DNA of 64,000 nt, taken from sequence record PX930851.1; one strand, written 5' to 3'. Position numbers and translations under genes: made by a program. This DNA is from a phage. The notes beneath the pieces are model-generated. The model was not told the DNA's origin and did not search any database. It worked only from the letters and a program-made list of their open reading frames with translations. Below are positions 39,765 through 50,401 of the stretch, piece by piece; within the stretch, counting starts at the first letter, position 1; each line of letters starts with the position of its first letter.

Positions 39765-40088
39765 TTAATCTTCTATGATATCTCTATCATATCCAAGTGA
39801 AATGAGAGTTTCTTTGAAGTGTTTAATGTTCTTTTGTCTAGAATCATTAATGAAAATGACTGGATAACGAATGTTAAGAGATGTGAATCCGGCACGTTTG
39901 GCAAGAGATACAATCAGTGGACGATCATACTCAATCTTACCATTATTTGTAAGAACTTTATAGAAAGTAAAAGGAGCATTGAGCTCCTTTAGAAGTTTTG
40001 TAACTGATTGACATCCAGGACAACGACCTACTTCATCTGGAATTCCATAGACTTCAATCTTATTCTTTAAGTTCGAGTTTTGTTCCAC
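39765..40088 (-). CDS. nrdH: thioredoxin-fold redoxin at nrdH position (start uncertain, possibly GTG)
   Basis: KIEVYGIPDEVGRCPGCQ redox motif; track ORF begins upstream at a likely non-native start. Confidence 0.55.
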   Translation of the reverse strand: MEQNSNLKNKIEVYGIPDEVGRCPGCQSVTKLLKELNAPFTFYKVLTNNGKIEYDRPLIVSLAKRAGFTSLNIRYPVIFINDSRQKNIKHFKETLISLGYDRDIIED

Positions 40089-40371
40089 GAGAAATAATTC
40101 CTTGGTAAGCCCAATAAGGAGGATTAACAGAATCCTCACCAGAGTTTTCTTCAGGAAAATAAACCTGGATAACGAAGCCGGATTCATCAAAGGTGAAATA
40201 AGTAGTAGGCAGTTCACCTAACAAATCGGCACGAGCGTTGATTTCTTCGAGGTCTTGTTCACGTCCAGCCCAGAAGCTTGGGTTCAGACTACATTCATAG
40301 AAATAATAGTCATTACCGAACATATCAAAACCATTCCAACTCTCTACTACATACCGCTCAAAACTAATCAT
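40060..40371 (-). CDS. hypothetical protein
   Basis: 103 aa. Confidence 0.4.
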   Translation of the reverse strand: MISFERYVVESWNGFDMFGNDYYFYECSLNPSFWAGREQDLEEINARADLLGELPTTYFTFDESGFVIQVYFPEENSGEDSVNPPYWAYQGIISRGTKLELKE

Positions 40372-40373
40372 AA

Positions 40374-40589
40374 TTAAGCCTTTTTATCAAGAACAGCATT
40401 CAGCTTGTTAGTAATTTTATCCAGACGCTCATTGAACTCACTAGAAGATAAGCCCTTTTCTGGAGAAATTAAACTAATAACGAAAAATACAACAATAAAA
40501 GGAATAAGAAAAATAGCTCCAACTGCCATAAACAGAAAGAATGTTACAGTTGTAAGAAAATCAGCTAAACCTTTACGAAATTTATACAT
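40374..40589 (-). CDS. small membrane protein
   Basis: 71 aa with one long hydrophobic segment. Confidence 0.45.
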   Translation of the reverse strand: MYKFRKGLADFLTTVTFFLFMAVGAIFLIPFIVVFFVISLISPEKGLSSSEFNERLDKITNKLNAVLDKKA

Positions 40590-40704
40590 ATTTTACCCTT
40601 AATTGATTAACCAAGCATTGATAAGCACTAAACTATATTGCGAATAAAATTCTGGACCAAAATGAAAAATCATATCATTTATAGTATCCATAATGTAATT
40701 CAAT

Positions 40705-41175
40705 TTAATCATGTTTCCACACCCCATCGGTATTTGACCAAAGTCGCTGATTATCTGATCCTCGCCACAGCTTTTTAGTCGGAAGATTTTTCTCATACTT
40801 CCCATCAATAATAACATCAACATATTTAAGCATTTCTAGTTGTTTAATATCTTCAAACTTATATCCTGTCCACAACCAAATGCTTTTATTGGGATAAAGA
40901 TTTTTTACTGTTTGAACAATGCAATGAATAACATCTCGGTTATCAGGATAGAGAGGGTCTCCTCCAGTTATAGTTAATCCTTCTATATAATCATTATTCA
41001 AACATTCAATTAATTGTTCCAGCGTTTCACCAGTGAATGGAACACCGTTTCTAGCATTCCATGTTGATTTATTATAACACCCTTCGCATTTATGCAAACA
41101 ACCTGTAACGAAAAGAACGACCCTGCATCCAGGGCCATTCACAAAATCACAAGGATAAAATCTATCATAATTCAT
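40705..41175 (-). CDS. nrdG: anaerobic ribonucleotide reductase activating protein (radical SAM)
   Basis: 156 aa; CLHKCEGC (CxxxCxxC) cluster motif. Confidence 0.85.
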   Translation of the reverse strand: MNYDRFYPCDFVNGPGCRVVLFVTGCLHKCEGCYNKSTWNARNGVPFTGETLEQLIECLNNDYIEGLTITGGDPLYPDNRDVIHCIVQTVKNLYPNKSIWLWTGYKFEDIKQLEMLKYVDVIIDGKYEKNLPTKKLWRGSDNQRLWSNTDGVWKHD

Positions 41176-42989
41176 TGGTGTTTAACCCTATGCATGATTT
41201 CTTTATTTTTTCCAAGATTAAATCCGCGTTCATTCGGATTTCCCAAATAGCCACAAGTTCTTCTTATTGTGTTCATCTTTTTAGGATCAGTTTCTCCACA
41301 AATAGAACAAACAAACCCGTTTTCAGTAGGAGTCATTTCATGGGTACTTCCACACGTAAAACATTTATCTACTGGCATGTTAACACCAAAATAATCTAAA
41401 TGTTGTGCAGCATAATCCCATACAGCCTCAAGACCTTTTAAGTTATTTTTCATATCAGGAAGTTCAACATAAGAAATGTGACCACCTGTTGCAATGAAAT
41501 GATATGGGGCTTCGCGAGAAATCTTTTCAAACGGGGTGATATTTTCTTCTACTGAAACGTGGAAACTGTTAGTGTACCAGCCTTTATCAGTAACATCCTT
41601 TACACTTCCATATTTTTCGGTATCAAGTTTACAGAAGCGATAACAAAGGTTTTCAGCAGGAGTAGAATACAAGCTAAAAGCAAAACCGGTTCTTTCAGTC
41701 CACTGCTTAAGACGAGCATTCATTTTAGTTAAAATTTCTTGTCCAATATCACGACCGGCAAGAATATTCAATTCGTGAATACCAATGTATCCTAAGGACA
41801 CTGAACTTCTACCGTTTTTAAATAACTCAATTATGTCGTCATCAGGTTTAAGACGAACCCCAAATGCACCTTCTTGGTAAAGAATAGGAGCAACAGTCGC
41901 TTTAACTCCTTTTAAGGAACTAATTCTGCACATCAAAGCTTCAAAACATAAATCCATTCGTTCATTGAACAATTCGATAAATTTCTGTTCATTGAACTGT
42001 GTTCCAATATAAGAATCTAACGCGATGCGAGGAAGATTCAGTGTTACAACACCAAGATTATTACGTCCATCAAGAATTTCATTACCGGTTGAATCTTTCC
42101 ACACACTCAAGAAACTGCTGCAACCCATTGTAGAAACAGGAATAGATGAGCCGGTGATAGCTTTATTGTTCTTAGCTGAAATAATATCAGGATACATTCT
42201 TTTGCTTGCGCACTCTAGAGCAAGCTGTTTAATATCATAGTTCGGATCGTCTTTATAAAGATTAACACCTTCTTCAACAAACATAACAAGCTTAGGGAAA
42301 ATAGGAGTTATCCCATCACGACCAAGACCTTTAATACGATTTTTCAGAATTGCTTTCTGAATCATTCGTTCAGTCCAGTCAGTTCCTGTACCAAATGTAA
42401 TTGTTACAAAAGGTGTTTGTCCGTTTGAACTAAAGAGAGTATTTACTTCATATTCATAAGCTTGGAATGCATCGTATACATCTTTTTCTGTTTTAGATTG
42501 AGCATAATTCAACGCATCAGCGATTTGCCATTTTTCTGCATCCTCAATATGTTTTGCATAGGTGCGTTTAACATAAGGAGAAAGTACTTTATCTACATTA
42601 GCAAAAGTCGTTCCGCCATATTGGTGAGAAGCAACCTGTGCAGTAATTTGTGCCATAATTGCAGTAGCAACACCGATTGATTTAGGAGTTTCAATCTGTG
42701 CATTACCAAGCTTAAATCCGTTCTCAAGCATTCCTTTTAAATCTACTAAACAACAATTAGTAAATGGAAGAGCAGGGGAATAATCAATATCATGGAAATG
42801 GATAATTCCGCTTTCATGCGCTTTCATAATAAAAGACGGGACCATATTTTTGGCAATGTGTTTAGACACAATACCAGCCATAAGGTCCCGTTGAGTTGGA
42901 AAAACACGAGAATCTTTATTAGCATTCTCGTTTAAAAGGTCTTTATTAGTTTTATGAATCAATCCTTCAATTTCTTTTTCAATTGTCAT
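41172..42989 (-). CDS. nrdD: anaerobic ribonucleoside-triphosphate reductase, uninterrupted
   Basis: 605 aa; C-terminal glycyl radical motif RRTCGYLG and zinc ribbon CFTCGS...CSICG; no intron. Confidence 0.9.
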   Translation of the reverse strand: MTIEKEIEGLIHKTNKDLLNENANKDSRVFPTQRDLMAGIVSKHIAKNMVPSFIMKAHESGIIHFHDIDYSPALPFTNCCLVDLKGMLENGFKLGNAQIETPKSIGVATAIMAQITAQVASHQYGGTTFANVDKVLSPYVKRTYAKHIEDAEKWQIADALNYAQSKTEKDVYDAFQAYEYEVNTLFSSNGQTPFVTITFGTGTDWTERMIQKAILKNRIKGLGRDGITPIFPKLVMFVEEGVNLYKDDPNYDIKQLALECASKRMYPDIISAKNNKAITGSSIPVSTMGCSSFLSVWKDSTGNEILDGRNNLGVVTLNLPRIALDSYIGTQFNEQKFIELFNERMDLCFEALMCRISSLKGVKATVAPILYQEGAFGVRLKPDDDIIELFKNGRSSVSLGYIGIHELNILAGRDIGQEILTKMNARLKQWTERTGFAFSLYSTPAENLCYRFCKLDTEKYGSVKDVTDKGWYTNSFHVSVEENITPFEKISREAPYHFIATGGHISYVELPDMKNNLKGLEAVWDYAAQHLDYFGVNMPVDKCFTCGSTHEMTPTENGFVCSICGETDPKKMNTIRRTCGYLGNPNERGFNLGKNKEIMHRVKHQ

Positions 42990-43459
42990 TTTAAACTCTT
43001 TCTAAGCTGCTTCTTGAATGAAGCTATTAATTGTGTTTTGGTGTCAGATTCATTATATTCAAATCCTCTTTGAAGCATCTCGGCCATCATTTCCTCTTTT
43101 CCTAAACGAGAAAATTCCTTTGATTTATCTCCAACGAAGTTAGGGTGAATATTATTTTGGGTGTAATCGGATTTTAAATAAGTAAGTAAATTTTCTAACC
43201 ATTCAAGATAATCAACACCTTGTCCCTTTAAGCCAGAACGATTAAATTTATGCTTCATTTGACCTTCTGCGGCATTGCAGAGATTACAGAGCAATCCACG
43301 TACCTTTCCTGCTTTTGGTCCATTTAATTCATGGTCATGGTCGAGGTGATTAGCTTGAACGTCAGGATTTAGTTCTCGTTGGCAAATTAAGCATTTACCA
43401 TTTTGTGCATCATAAAATTTCTGTTTTTCTTCTTTATATAATTTGCCAGTCAATAACAT
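42986..43459 (-). CDS. 49: endonuclease VII gp49 (Holliday junction resolvase)
   Basis: 157 aa; NHLDHDHELNG and CNLCN motifs. Confidence 0.85.
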   Translation of the reverse strand: MLLTGKLYKEEKQKFYDAQNGKCLICQRELNPDVQANHLDHDHELNGPKAGKVRGLLCNLCNAAEGQMKHKFNRSGLKGQGVDYLEWLENLLTYLKSDYTQNNIHPNFVGDKSKEFSRLGKEEMMAEMLQRGFEYNESDTKTQLIASFKKQLRKSLK

Positions 43460-43501
43460 AATAAAACCCTTACCTTAAATAGATAAGGGTATTTATTATT
43501 T

Positions 43502-43987
43502 TCAAGTATTGTAAAACATTTGATTCAATCGCTTATATTGCCGAATCTTTTGGTCAGAAAAAGAAATTTGGGTTTCAAGCCATTCAATATATTCTGCCGC
43601 AGCTTGCATCAAATTTCCTTCATAGCCATCGTTATTTTCTTGTGCAGCTAATTTAGCTAATGCGTACGGAATACGTTCACCTTGAAAATCGGCTTTAGGC
43701 TTCTGAACAACTTGATTAGTTCTCTCTACAACTTCCTCGATTTCACCATTTTCTACTGATTCAGTATTCCACAAGCACCAATACGCAGTTGGCTTATCGT
43801 AGATGTTAATAATCTTTCCATCAGAAAGTTCAATTTCAATAATTCCAGTATCAGGTTCTATATCATCTTCACATTCTTTTACAAGTTCACGAACTTTAAA
43901 GACAGTACCTGCACTAAGTTCCGGCCAGTAATTACATAGCTCTTTATCAGCACGATTAATTCTAAACCACTTATCTACTGTAATCAT
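43502..43987 (-). CDS. hypothetical protein at pin position (161 aa from ATG)
   Basis: track ORF starts at upstream TTG; ATG at 43987 gives 161 aa. Confidence 0.4.
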   Translation of the reverse strand: MITVDKWFRINRADKELCNYWPELSAGTVFKVRELVKECEDDIEPDTGIIEIELSDGKIINIYDKPTAYWCLWNTESVENGEIEEVVERTNQVVQKPKADFQGERIPYALAKLAAQENNDGYEGNLMQAAAEYIEWLETQISFSDQKIRQYKRLNQMFYNT

Positions 43988-44282
43988 GTCCCATCTCCAT
44001 ATCAATTAAGTCATTTATCGTTGGTTCATTATACATCGTTTCTTCATCAGTGTAAACCGGTTCTTCCGGCTCTGGCTCTACAGTTTCCCATCTAGCCGCC
44101 CACCAAGGTTTAACCCCGAAGCTTATTAAGTTCTTCATCATCAATCCAGGATTCTAGTCCTGTTGGCAGGTCACATTCAATTTCCCAAAGAAGTTCTTCA
44201 ATTTTCTGAAGACGATCTAGTTCTTCGGCTGGAATAGTAACCATTGACGGAGTTCGTGATACATTAATATCGTAAATCATAT

Positions 44283-44498
44283 TTACCCCAATTTAGCCAT
44301 ACAATCGCCGTATTTCCACTTAGAAATAGACTTTTCACCATTAGAATAATAAACTTCGAGTTTAGCACGATTATTTTTAATTTGAATAACCTTGGCTGTC
44401 ATCAAAGTTCCATACCCATAATAAACTGCAACTTCATCACCTACATATACCACGCTTCCGCGGTAATCGTGAATATAGTCAGTTCCTTCGAGCATCAT
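44283..44498 (-). CDS. hypothetical small protein
   Basis: 71 aa. Confidence 0.45.
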   Translation of the reverse strand: MMLEGTDYIHDYRGSVVYVGDEVAVYYGYGTLMTAKVIQIKNNRAKLEVYYSNGEKSISKWKYGDCMAKLG

Positions 44499-44758
44499 TT
44501 AAAATATTCTCGCAGTTGGTCAAATCCACCAATATGACTTCCATCAGGAGCAAATACCTGGGGCATTGTCAAGCCGATTTGAGTATCACGACCTAGTTTA
44601 GTCAGAAGCTCAGCGATTTTCTCATCATCAAAAACACCTTTTTCCGGCATAATGTTGATAAATTCAAACGGCTGTTTCTTCACGGTCAAAAGACGTTTTG
44701 CATTATCACAATACACACATTTATGAATGTTGCTATCATAACCATATACTTTAAACAT
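44495..44758 (-). CDS. nrdC: glutaredoxin-like thioredoxin NrdC
   Basis: 87 aa; active site CVYC. Confidence 0.8.
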   Translation of the reverse strand: MFKVYGYDSNIHKCVYCDNAKRLLTVKKQPFEFINIMPEKGVFDDEKIAELLTKLGRDTQIGLTMPQVFAPDGSHIGGFDQLREYFK

Positions 44759-44759
44759 A

Positions 44760-45002
44760 TTATTCCTTAATTCCTAGTACTTGTTTAAAAGTCTCGTCGT
44801 AATCAAGACTTTGGCACGTTTGTTCTTTATGTTTGTATATAATATCACTTACTTCTGATAGCATATTTTTATATGAACGAGTTAAAGCAGATTTAAGCAC
44901 GCTGTATCTATCAGGAAATTTACCGTGTTCATTATAATAAGCTATTGCTAATTCACGGACTGCCTTTTCAGCAGTCTCCATATATTCTTTACGCTTGGTC
45001 AT
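44760..45002 (-). CDS. hypothetical small protein
   Basis: 80 aa. Confidence 0.45.
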   Translation of the reverse strand: MTKRKEYMETAEKAVRELAIAYYNEHGKFPDRYSVLKSALTRSYKNMLSEVSDIIYKHKEQTCQSLDYDETFKQVLGIKE

Positions 45003-45004
45003 TT

Positions 45005-45394
45005 TTAATCCAAAATATTATTAGGCATTGGTTGAACACTCACAAGTTCTTTAAAGAACTCAGTAGAGTCAGGCAATTTAACCATTTCCGGAGCATGCTT
45101 ACTGAATTTATGTTTACATTGACGGCATTTATATTCAAGCTCTGGTTTACGCCAGTTAATCAACTGAACTTGTTCAGTACCGCATTCAGGGCAATTAGGA
45201 ACGTTTTTAGAAGCTCTTTCACGTCGTTCAACCATAGCCATAATAGCATCCCATGCTGGAGGTTTAAAATCTAAATCGTCGCAGCCGTGAATCTTTCCAC
45301 GCATTTCCATATCATCTTCCTCACCAGCCATAATAATTTTAATTAAACTGGAATTACTTGAAGCTGCAATGTCTTCTAATAAACGCTTTTTCAT
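45005..45394 (-). CDS. zinc-ribbon protein
   Basis: 129 aa; CPECG...CRQC. Confidence 0.5.
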   Translation of the reverse strand: MKKRLLEDIAASSNSSLIKIIMAGEEDDMEMRGKIHGCDDLDFKPPAWDAIMAMVERRERASKNVPNCPECGTEQVQLINWRKPELEYKCRQCKHKFSKHAPEMVKLPDSTEFFKELVSVQPMPNNILD

Positions 45395-46317
45395 TTCAAT
45401 ACCTCAATAGCATTACGTAAACCATGTGCTTTGGCGGTTAAAGCCTTAAGAACTTTAGTATGCTCTTCAATTTGTTTTTCAACTTCAATCAAACGAGCAT
45501 TGAGATATTCGTGTTCTTCTTTCATAGTATCATTTCCATGATTGGATTTTGGTGTAGGTTTAAATTCACTAGGGTCTTTTAATTTAATAACAAATTTAGT
45601 TTCAAACAGTGAAAGACCATAATTCGTATTATCATCAAAGGATTTGACTACATCCATATCAGATAATAACACGCGCAAATTATAAGCCAAAGAACTAATA
45701 GTTTCATTGTGTTTATTAGCTTCGCGTGGTTTCATATACGGAAGATTTTTATATATCTCATGCGGAGCGCAAACGATAATTGACAATTCAAATTGTCCAT
45801 TCTGGGACGATGGAATGAATTTAGCCGTAACCCAGTCTTTTACATTCACATTAATAGTACGGTTATCACCATGACAAAACAGTCTACGAGAATGCTTAAA
45901 AAGCATATTCACGTTATTATTGAATTCGTGTGAAAATTCACTAGCAAATTTTTCTTTACTATCTTTAGAAAACCATTCTTCTAAATAAGTTCTTTTCACG
46001 TCATTAATAATATTAAATGTAACAACACTAGCATTTGATACATTAGTCTTAATGTAGCTTGGATACATAAATTTTTTAACATTATTAACAGCTATCACAG
46101 AAGATAGTAATCGGGAACGTTTGAACCACTCGAGCAAAGAACCAAGAGAATGTGAATACGCATTTTGTGTATCTTTACAAATATGGTTTTCCCATCCAAT
46201 ATAGTCTAAAAAATCACGAAGAATATTATTGATTACTGCTCTGTGTCCAATCTGATAATTACGATGTTTAGTAATAAGACTGTCAAAATAATCAATATAA
46301 TGTTTACGAGTTTTCAT
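45391..46317 (-). CDS. paralog family member 1 (C-terminal coiled coil)
   Basis: 308 aa; N-terminus MKTRKHYIDYFDSLI; coiled-coil tail. Confidence 0.55.
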   Translation of the reverse strand: MKTRKHYIDYFDSLITKHRNYQIGHRAVINNILRDFLDYIGWENHICKDTQNAYSHSLGSLLEWFKRSRLLSSVIAVNNVKKFMYPSYIKTNVSNASVVTFNIINDVKRTYLEEWFSKDSKEKFASEFSHEFNNNVNMLFKHSRRLFCHGDNRTINVNVKDWVTAKFIPSSQNGQFELSIIVCAPHEIYKNLPYMKPREANKHNETISSLAYNLRVLLSDMDVVKSFDDNTNYGLSLFETKFVIKLKDPSEFKPTPKSNHGNDTMKEEHEYLNARLIEVEKQIEEHTKVLKALTAKAHGLRNAIEVLK

Positions 46318-46369
46318 GTTCTTCTCACTTGGTTAATGATTTATACTCCGAGCCATCCTTGGCTTTAAA

Positions 46370-47371
46370 TTACTTAATTAACTGTAAAGCTTGTTCCAGA
46401 CGATCAAGACGATTAACAGATTCTTCCCAAATCCTTTTAGCCTGCTTATATTCTTTCTGCGCTTTATTAGAAATTTCTAGAACTTCTTTATAAGCTTTTT
46501 CTAGTGCAATAACTTCTGGACGAATTTCTACCGGTTCAGGTGAATCATCAAGATTATCCATTAGTTCCTCAAGGGTAGTTTCTTCTTTAGGAGTATTCAC
46601 AATTTCATCACATTTTTGTTGATAAATTTCTTTATCAGTAGGTGAGTACGCGCACTTTACTTCACGAAGACTAATTACAATTTTATATCCTTCCCAACCA
46701 CCCATATTTTTGAAAGGATATGTATGAATACTTTTTACAGTTTCCATACAATCCAAAGCCGTCTCTAATTGATGAGTTATAGTGCTAGCAATTGAGAAAA
46801 ATTTATTAATATTCTTTTGGTTAGCTTCTGGTGTAAAAAATTCATAATTCACAAAAATAGCTGCTTTATTTTTATCGAGTTCATATTCTTTTATGATAAT
46901 CATATCAGAAGCCAAAGGATGAATTTGACGATAATCGCCATAACATAATTTAGAAGCTGATTTTAGAATTTGCTTTTTGAAAAGTCTGAAATTACTAATC
47001 CAACGACGAGTAAAAATATTCTTAGGGTCTTCTTTGATATTAAGATGATAAGAATTAACATCACCGAACCAATTGTATCCTATTACACCTTTAGTTCGTT
47101 TAATTTCTTTCCCAAAATTACCAAGAATATCCCGATTAACCAAATATGAAAGAAGACGAGACCCTTTAAAGATTATCTTAATATCATCTTTATCTACACG
47201 GCTAGAAATTTCACGAACTTCATGAATAAATTTACTGGAAGAAACAATACTTGCATCAATACTGCTGAGCCATTGATTGATAATAGAAAGAACAGCGTTC
47301 TGACTAGACATGGGTTTAACTTTATCATCAATAACGCTATTGAATGATTTGATATATTCGTTACGAGTCAT
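46370..47371 (-). CDS. paralog family member 2
   Basis: 333 aa from ATG at 47371 (MTRNEYIKSFNSVI); SD GAGGA; track start lies inside promoter. Confidence 0.55.
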   Translation of the reverse strand: MTRNEYIKSFNSVIDDKVKPMSSQNAVLSIINQWLSSIDASIVSSSKFIHEVREISSRVDKDDIKIIFKGSRLLSYLVNRDILGNFGKEIKRTKGVIGYNWFGDVNSYHLNIKEDPKNIFTRRWISNFRLFKKQILKSASKLCYGDYRQIHPLASDMIIIKEYELDKNKAAIFVNYEFFTPEANQKNINKFFSIASTITHQLETALDCMETVKSIHTYPFKNMGGWEGYKIVISLREVKCAYSPTDKEIYQQKCDEIVNTPKEETTLEELMDNLDDSPEPVEIRPEVIALEKAYKEVLEISNKAQKEYKQAKRIWEESVNRLDRLEQALQLIK

Positions 47372-47399
47372 ATTAATCTCCTCAGTAGAAAGTAAGAAC

Positions 47400-47429
47400 A
47401 TTATACCACATCCTTGTGGTAAAGTAAAC
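47400..47429 (-). promoter_or_regulatory. T4-type early promoter, 32-bp identical to the one at 2418
   Basis: minus strand gtttac-N18-tataat; 47400..47431 equals 2418..2449. Confidence 0.6.
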
Positions 47430-48448
47430 TAGTTTAGTGCGTTTAGTGCGTTGTTCAGTTTAGAACGTTGCTTCGTGAGATTTTTGACTTTTTCTTGTGC
47501 TTTTTCTAGCATCTTTTCAGCTTCTAACACTTCATTGGTCGCTTTAACGAGTTCATCATCTACTGCCTTAAGGGACTTCTCAATCGCATCCGCGTGCCAT
47601 TTTTCAACAGGTTTAAGACTCGGATTTTCAATAGGAAGAAAATTCACTTTATTGAATTTCCATGCATCCTTATTACCTGAGCTATACATCCAAAATTTAG
47701 GATCGTTTGATGAGCAATTAGATAAATTTAAGTTATCTTGCACTTCCTGCTTTTTCTCTTGCGTGACTTCGTCCTTTCTCAAAAAATCGTATTTAAATGA
47801 AACGATCATATCAAGTTCATACGTTGTTGTGTCTAATTTAAATCGTTCAAAACGAGGTAAAATCTTAGACTGAACAGCGGCAACAACATCCATATACTTA
47901 AATGCTTCTGTCAACTGTGATTTAAGGCATTCACAAATTGAAAGAGAATTTTTTGTATTAGGTTTAAAGCTAATTCGTGCAGTTCTATTATTTTCTTTTA
48001 ATGGTCTTACTTCCATCTGAAGAGTATAACCATCAAATTTCAGATTCTTTAAGTTAATATCAGAACCTTTTAATCGACTAGCAGTAGACAAAATTTGCTT
48101 TAATTGTTTACGGAATAGAGCAATAAATCTCCATTCAAGACGATAATGATTTGGATTAAAAAATCCTGTTGATAAATCGACCTTACTCTGACCAACGCCT
48201 TGAACAAATAGAGGATTTTTATAATCAATAGTTTTACAGAAATCGGTGAGCTGTTCGCGAGCAGTCATTTGCGTAATATATCCAGCTTTATCAAAATGTC
48301 GCAGCCATTCACTGCTATTCATATACTTAAAGTGAATATCACGATTAACTTTATCAGGGTCTAAATTATTTTGGCACAAAAATGTCATAACATTACGGGT
48401 ATAGCTGGCATTACGAACCATATCTTCAATTTGAGAACGAGTTTTCAT
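47429..48448 (-). CDS. paralog family member 3
   Basis: 339 aa; N-terminus MKTRSQIEDMVRNAS; coiled-coil tail. Confidence 0.55.
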   Translation of the reverse strand: MKTRSQIEDMVRNASYTRNVMTFLCQNNLDPDKVNRDIHFKYMNSSEWLRHFDKAGYITQMTAREQLTDFCKTIDYKNPLFVQGVGQSKVDLSTGFFNPNHYRLEWRFIALFRKQLKQILSTASRLKGSDINLKNLKFDGYTLQMEVRPLKENNRTARISFKPNTKNSLSICECLKSQLTEAFKYMDVVAAVQSKILPRFERFKLDTTTYELDMIVSFKYDFLRKDEVTQEKKQEVQDNLNLSNCSSNDPKFWMYSSGNKDAWKFNKVNFLPIENPSLKPVEKWHADAIEKSLKAVDDELVKATNEVLEAEKMLEKAQEKVKNLTKQRSKLNNALNALN

Positions 48449-48456
48449 AGTGTTCC

Positions 48457-49365
48457 TTAAGATTTAAGTAAATCAACAATTTTAATTAATTTTTCACGTT
48501 CAGATTTAGCTTTACTACTCAGTCCAGATAGTCTGAAAATTTCATCGTCATATTGTTGAATAGAAATATTCAGCTCTTCAATTTGCTTATTAAAATAATC
48601 AATTTGTTCAGAATGTTTTTCGTTACTACGAACTGGTACAGGTTTTGTAGGCAATTTAGTTAAACTGGATTCATCCGGGCGATAAATTAAAATACAATTT
48701 GAACCAATCGGGCATTTTGCACCAGACGAATATTCTAATGTTCCGGCTTCTTTTAAAACTTCAAAAGCTAAACAGAGATGATGCCCCATATTAACATAAT
48801 CTGTAGAGCGAGCTCTGACGTAATAATCATCGCCGCGAATACTAAATTTAAAGCATTTAAGGTCTTCTGTATTATTGGTCTTAAAAATCATTTGTTTATC
48901 TAGACCTTTAGCTAATCGAGCGCCTAATGCTAATAATCGTCGTTGATTTTCCCACAAATCCTCAATCATTTGATCGAATGATAATTTTGGCATTAGTCGA
49001 CCATAAAGGTCATATCCTTTATTATAATTACGAAGGATTTCACTCGCGTTAATACGAGACAATGCTCCAATTTTATTAAGAGCTTTCATAATGCGATTAG
49101 ATAAACCCATTCCAGACCCGTTTGTTCGCTGTAAATGTTTTTCTAATCCAAATCCAATATCAACTTTAAATTTATCTAAAATTTCAGCATGAACATCTTT
49201 GTCAATAACATTCAAATCCAAAGTTGGGTTAAATCTATGAAAAAATTTATCTGGCTCTCCACGACGAAGTACAGTCCATTCATTCAATTTTTTATTAACT
49301 AAAGATTTAATTACTGCATTGACATTATTAATTACTACTGACATATTTTCCTCACTCAATTTCAA
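48457..49365 (-). CDS. coiled-coil-tailed protein, possible fourth family member
   Basis: 302 aa; C-terminal coiled coil. Confidence 0.5.
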   Translation of the reverse strand: MKLSEENMSVVINNVNAVIKSLVNKKLNEWTVLRRGEPDKFFHRFNPTLDLNVIDKDVHAEILDKFKVDIGFGLEKHLQRTNGSGMGLSNRIMKALNKIGALSRINASEILRNYNKGYDLYGRLMPKLSFDQMIEDLWENQRRLLALGARLAKGLDKQMIFKTNNTEDLKCFKFSIRGDDYYVRARSTDYVNMGHHLCLAFEVLKEAGTLEYSSGAKCPIGSNCILIYRPDESSLTKLPTKPVPVRSNEKHSEQIDYFNKQIEELNISIQQYDDEIFRLSGLSSKAKSEREKLIKIVDLLKS

Positions 49366-49759
49366 TTTTACTAAATATACAGAATAAGATGGAACAGACT
49401 ATATAAGCACCACACACAGATTGAACTAATACCATTCCAAAGAACCAAACAATATTATCAAACAATGTCTGTTTTACGTCGAAAGGACGTAAACTTACAG
49501 TAATATTATCACCTTTTTCTATTGAAGAATACATCTCTGGTGAAATATATTCGCTAAATCTATAACCGTCATTTAGTTCATATACAGCAATAAACGATAA
49601 ACTAGACCCCTTTCCTTGAGTTCCTGTAAAGGTATTAACTACAGTAACATCATAATCTTTATAATGCATATAATCATTAATTGCGTAATAACCATATGCA
49701 ATTACTATACATAAACAACATATCAATAAATTCAATCTTTTAATTATCAACTGTTTCAT
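49352..49759 (-). CDS. membrane protein
   Basis: 135 aa with N- and C-terminal hydrophobic segments. Confidence 0.5.
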   Translation of the reverse strand: MKQLIIKRLNLLICCLCIVIAYGYYAINDYMHYKDYDVTVVNTFTGTQGKGSSLSFIAVYELNDGYRFSEYISPEMYSSIEKGDNITVSLRPFDVKQTLFDNIVWFFGMVLVQSVCGAYIVCSILFCIFSKIEIE

Positions 49760-49814
49760 AATAATCTCAATTAAAAGGGCTTAGAACCATTATACCATCC
49801 TTGGTATAAAGCGG

Positions 49815-50342
49815 TTATGCGAGTACCGTCTTTAACCGTTCTTCAAACTTCCGAAGAGTATTTTGGCGTTCAGCTCTTTGCTTTTTGTAAGTTTCAATAC
49901 GCTCTGAAATGAGAGTGTATCGTTCATTTACTGATTCTTTCATAAAATCAGGAATTTCACGAGAAGCTTTAATCTCATCAAATTTATCAATAACAGCTTG
50001 CTCTTCAGCAATTAAGTTATCATACATCAAAATATCTTTCTTGATGAACTCAATATCTTCTTGAGTTACACGAGATAATTTAGATGCTTTATCCTTTTTG
50101 TACTGTTCGTTAGTATCACGAGACCAGTGTAATGTACGATTTTTATTCGTGTTCTTGTAAATTTCTACAATACCAATCTCATCGATAATAACGATCCAAT
50201 TCCAACGAGATTTATAAATTTGTCCTCCATCAACTGTGATTTCACCTCCGATTGAGATGTCATTAAAGAACTTGCTTTGTGCTTCAGATTTAAATTTACC
50301 ATCATTGTAGTTTACCAAGTTGAAAATATCTTTAGCATTCAT
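49815..50342 (-). CDS. hypothetical protein
   Basis: 175 aa from ATG at 50342 (MNAKDIFNLV...); track start lies inside promoter. Confidence 0.5.
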   Translation of the reverse strand: MNAKDIFNLVNYNDGKFKSEAQSKFFNDISIGGEITVDGGQIYKSRWNWIVIIDEIGIVEIYKNTNKNRTLHWSRDTNEQYKKDKASKLSRVTQEDIEFIKKDILMYDNLIAEEQAVIDKFDEIKASREIPDFMKESVNERYTLISERIETYKKQRAERQNTLRKFEERLKTVLA

Positions 50343-50369
50343 TTTTGTTCCTCCGTAGTTGATAGTTGT

Positions 50370-50399
50370 ATAGTACCACAGAGGAACAGTCTTGTAAAC
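50370..50399 (-). promoter_or_regulatory. T4-type early promoter
   Basis: minus strand gtttac-N18-tactat. Confidence 0.5.
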
Positions 50400-50401
50400 C
50401 A

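Noticed and set aside
40599-40823. 74-aa track ORF overlapping the 3' end of nrdG
   Set aside because: Most of it is out-of-frame overlap with nrdG; only a short 37-aa tail (40599..40712) could be independent and support is weak.
44006-44282. Possible +1 programmed frameshift near cttcggggttaaacc
   Set aside because: Hand translation shows two separate overlapping 56-aa ORFs, the second starting at its own ATG-ATG, rather than one frameshifted gene.
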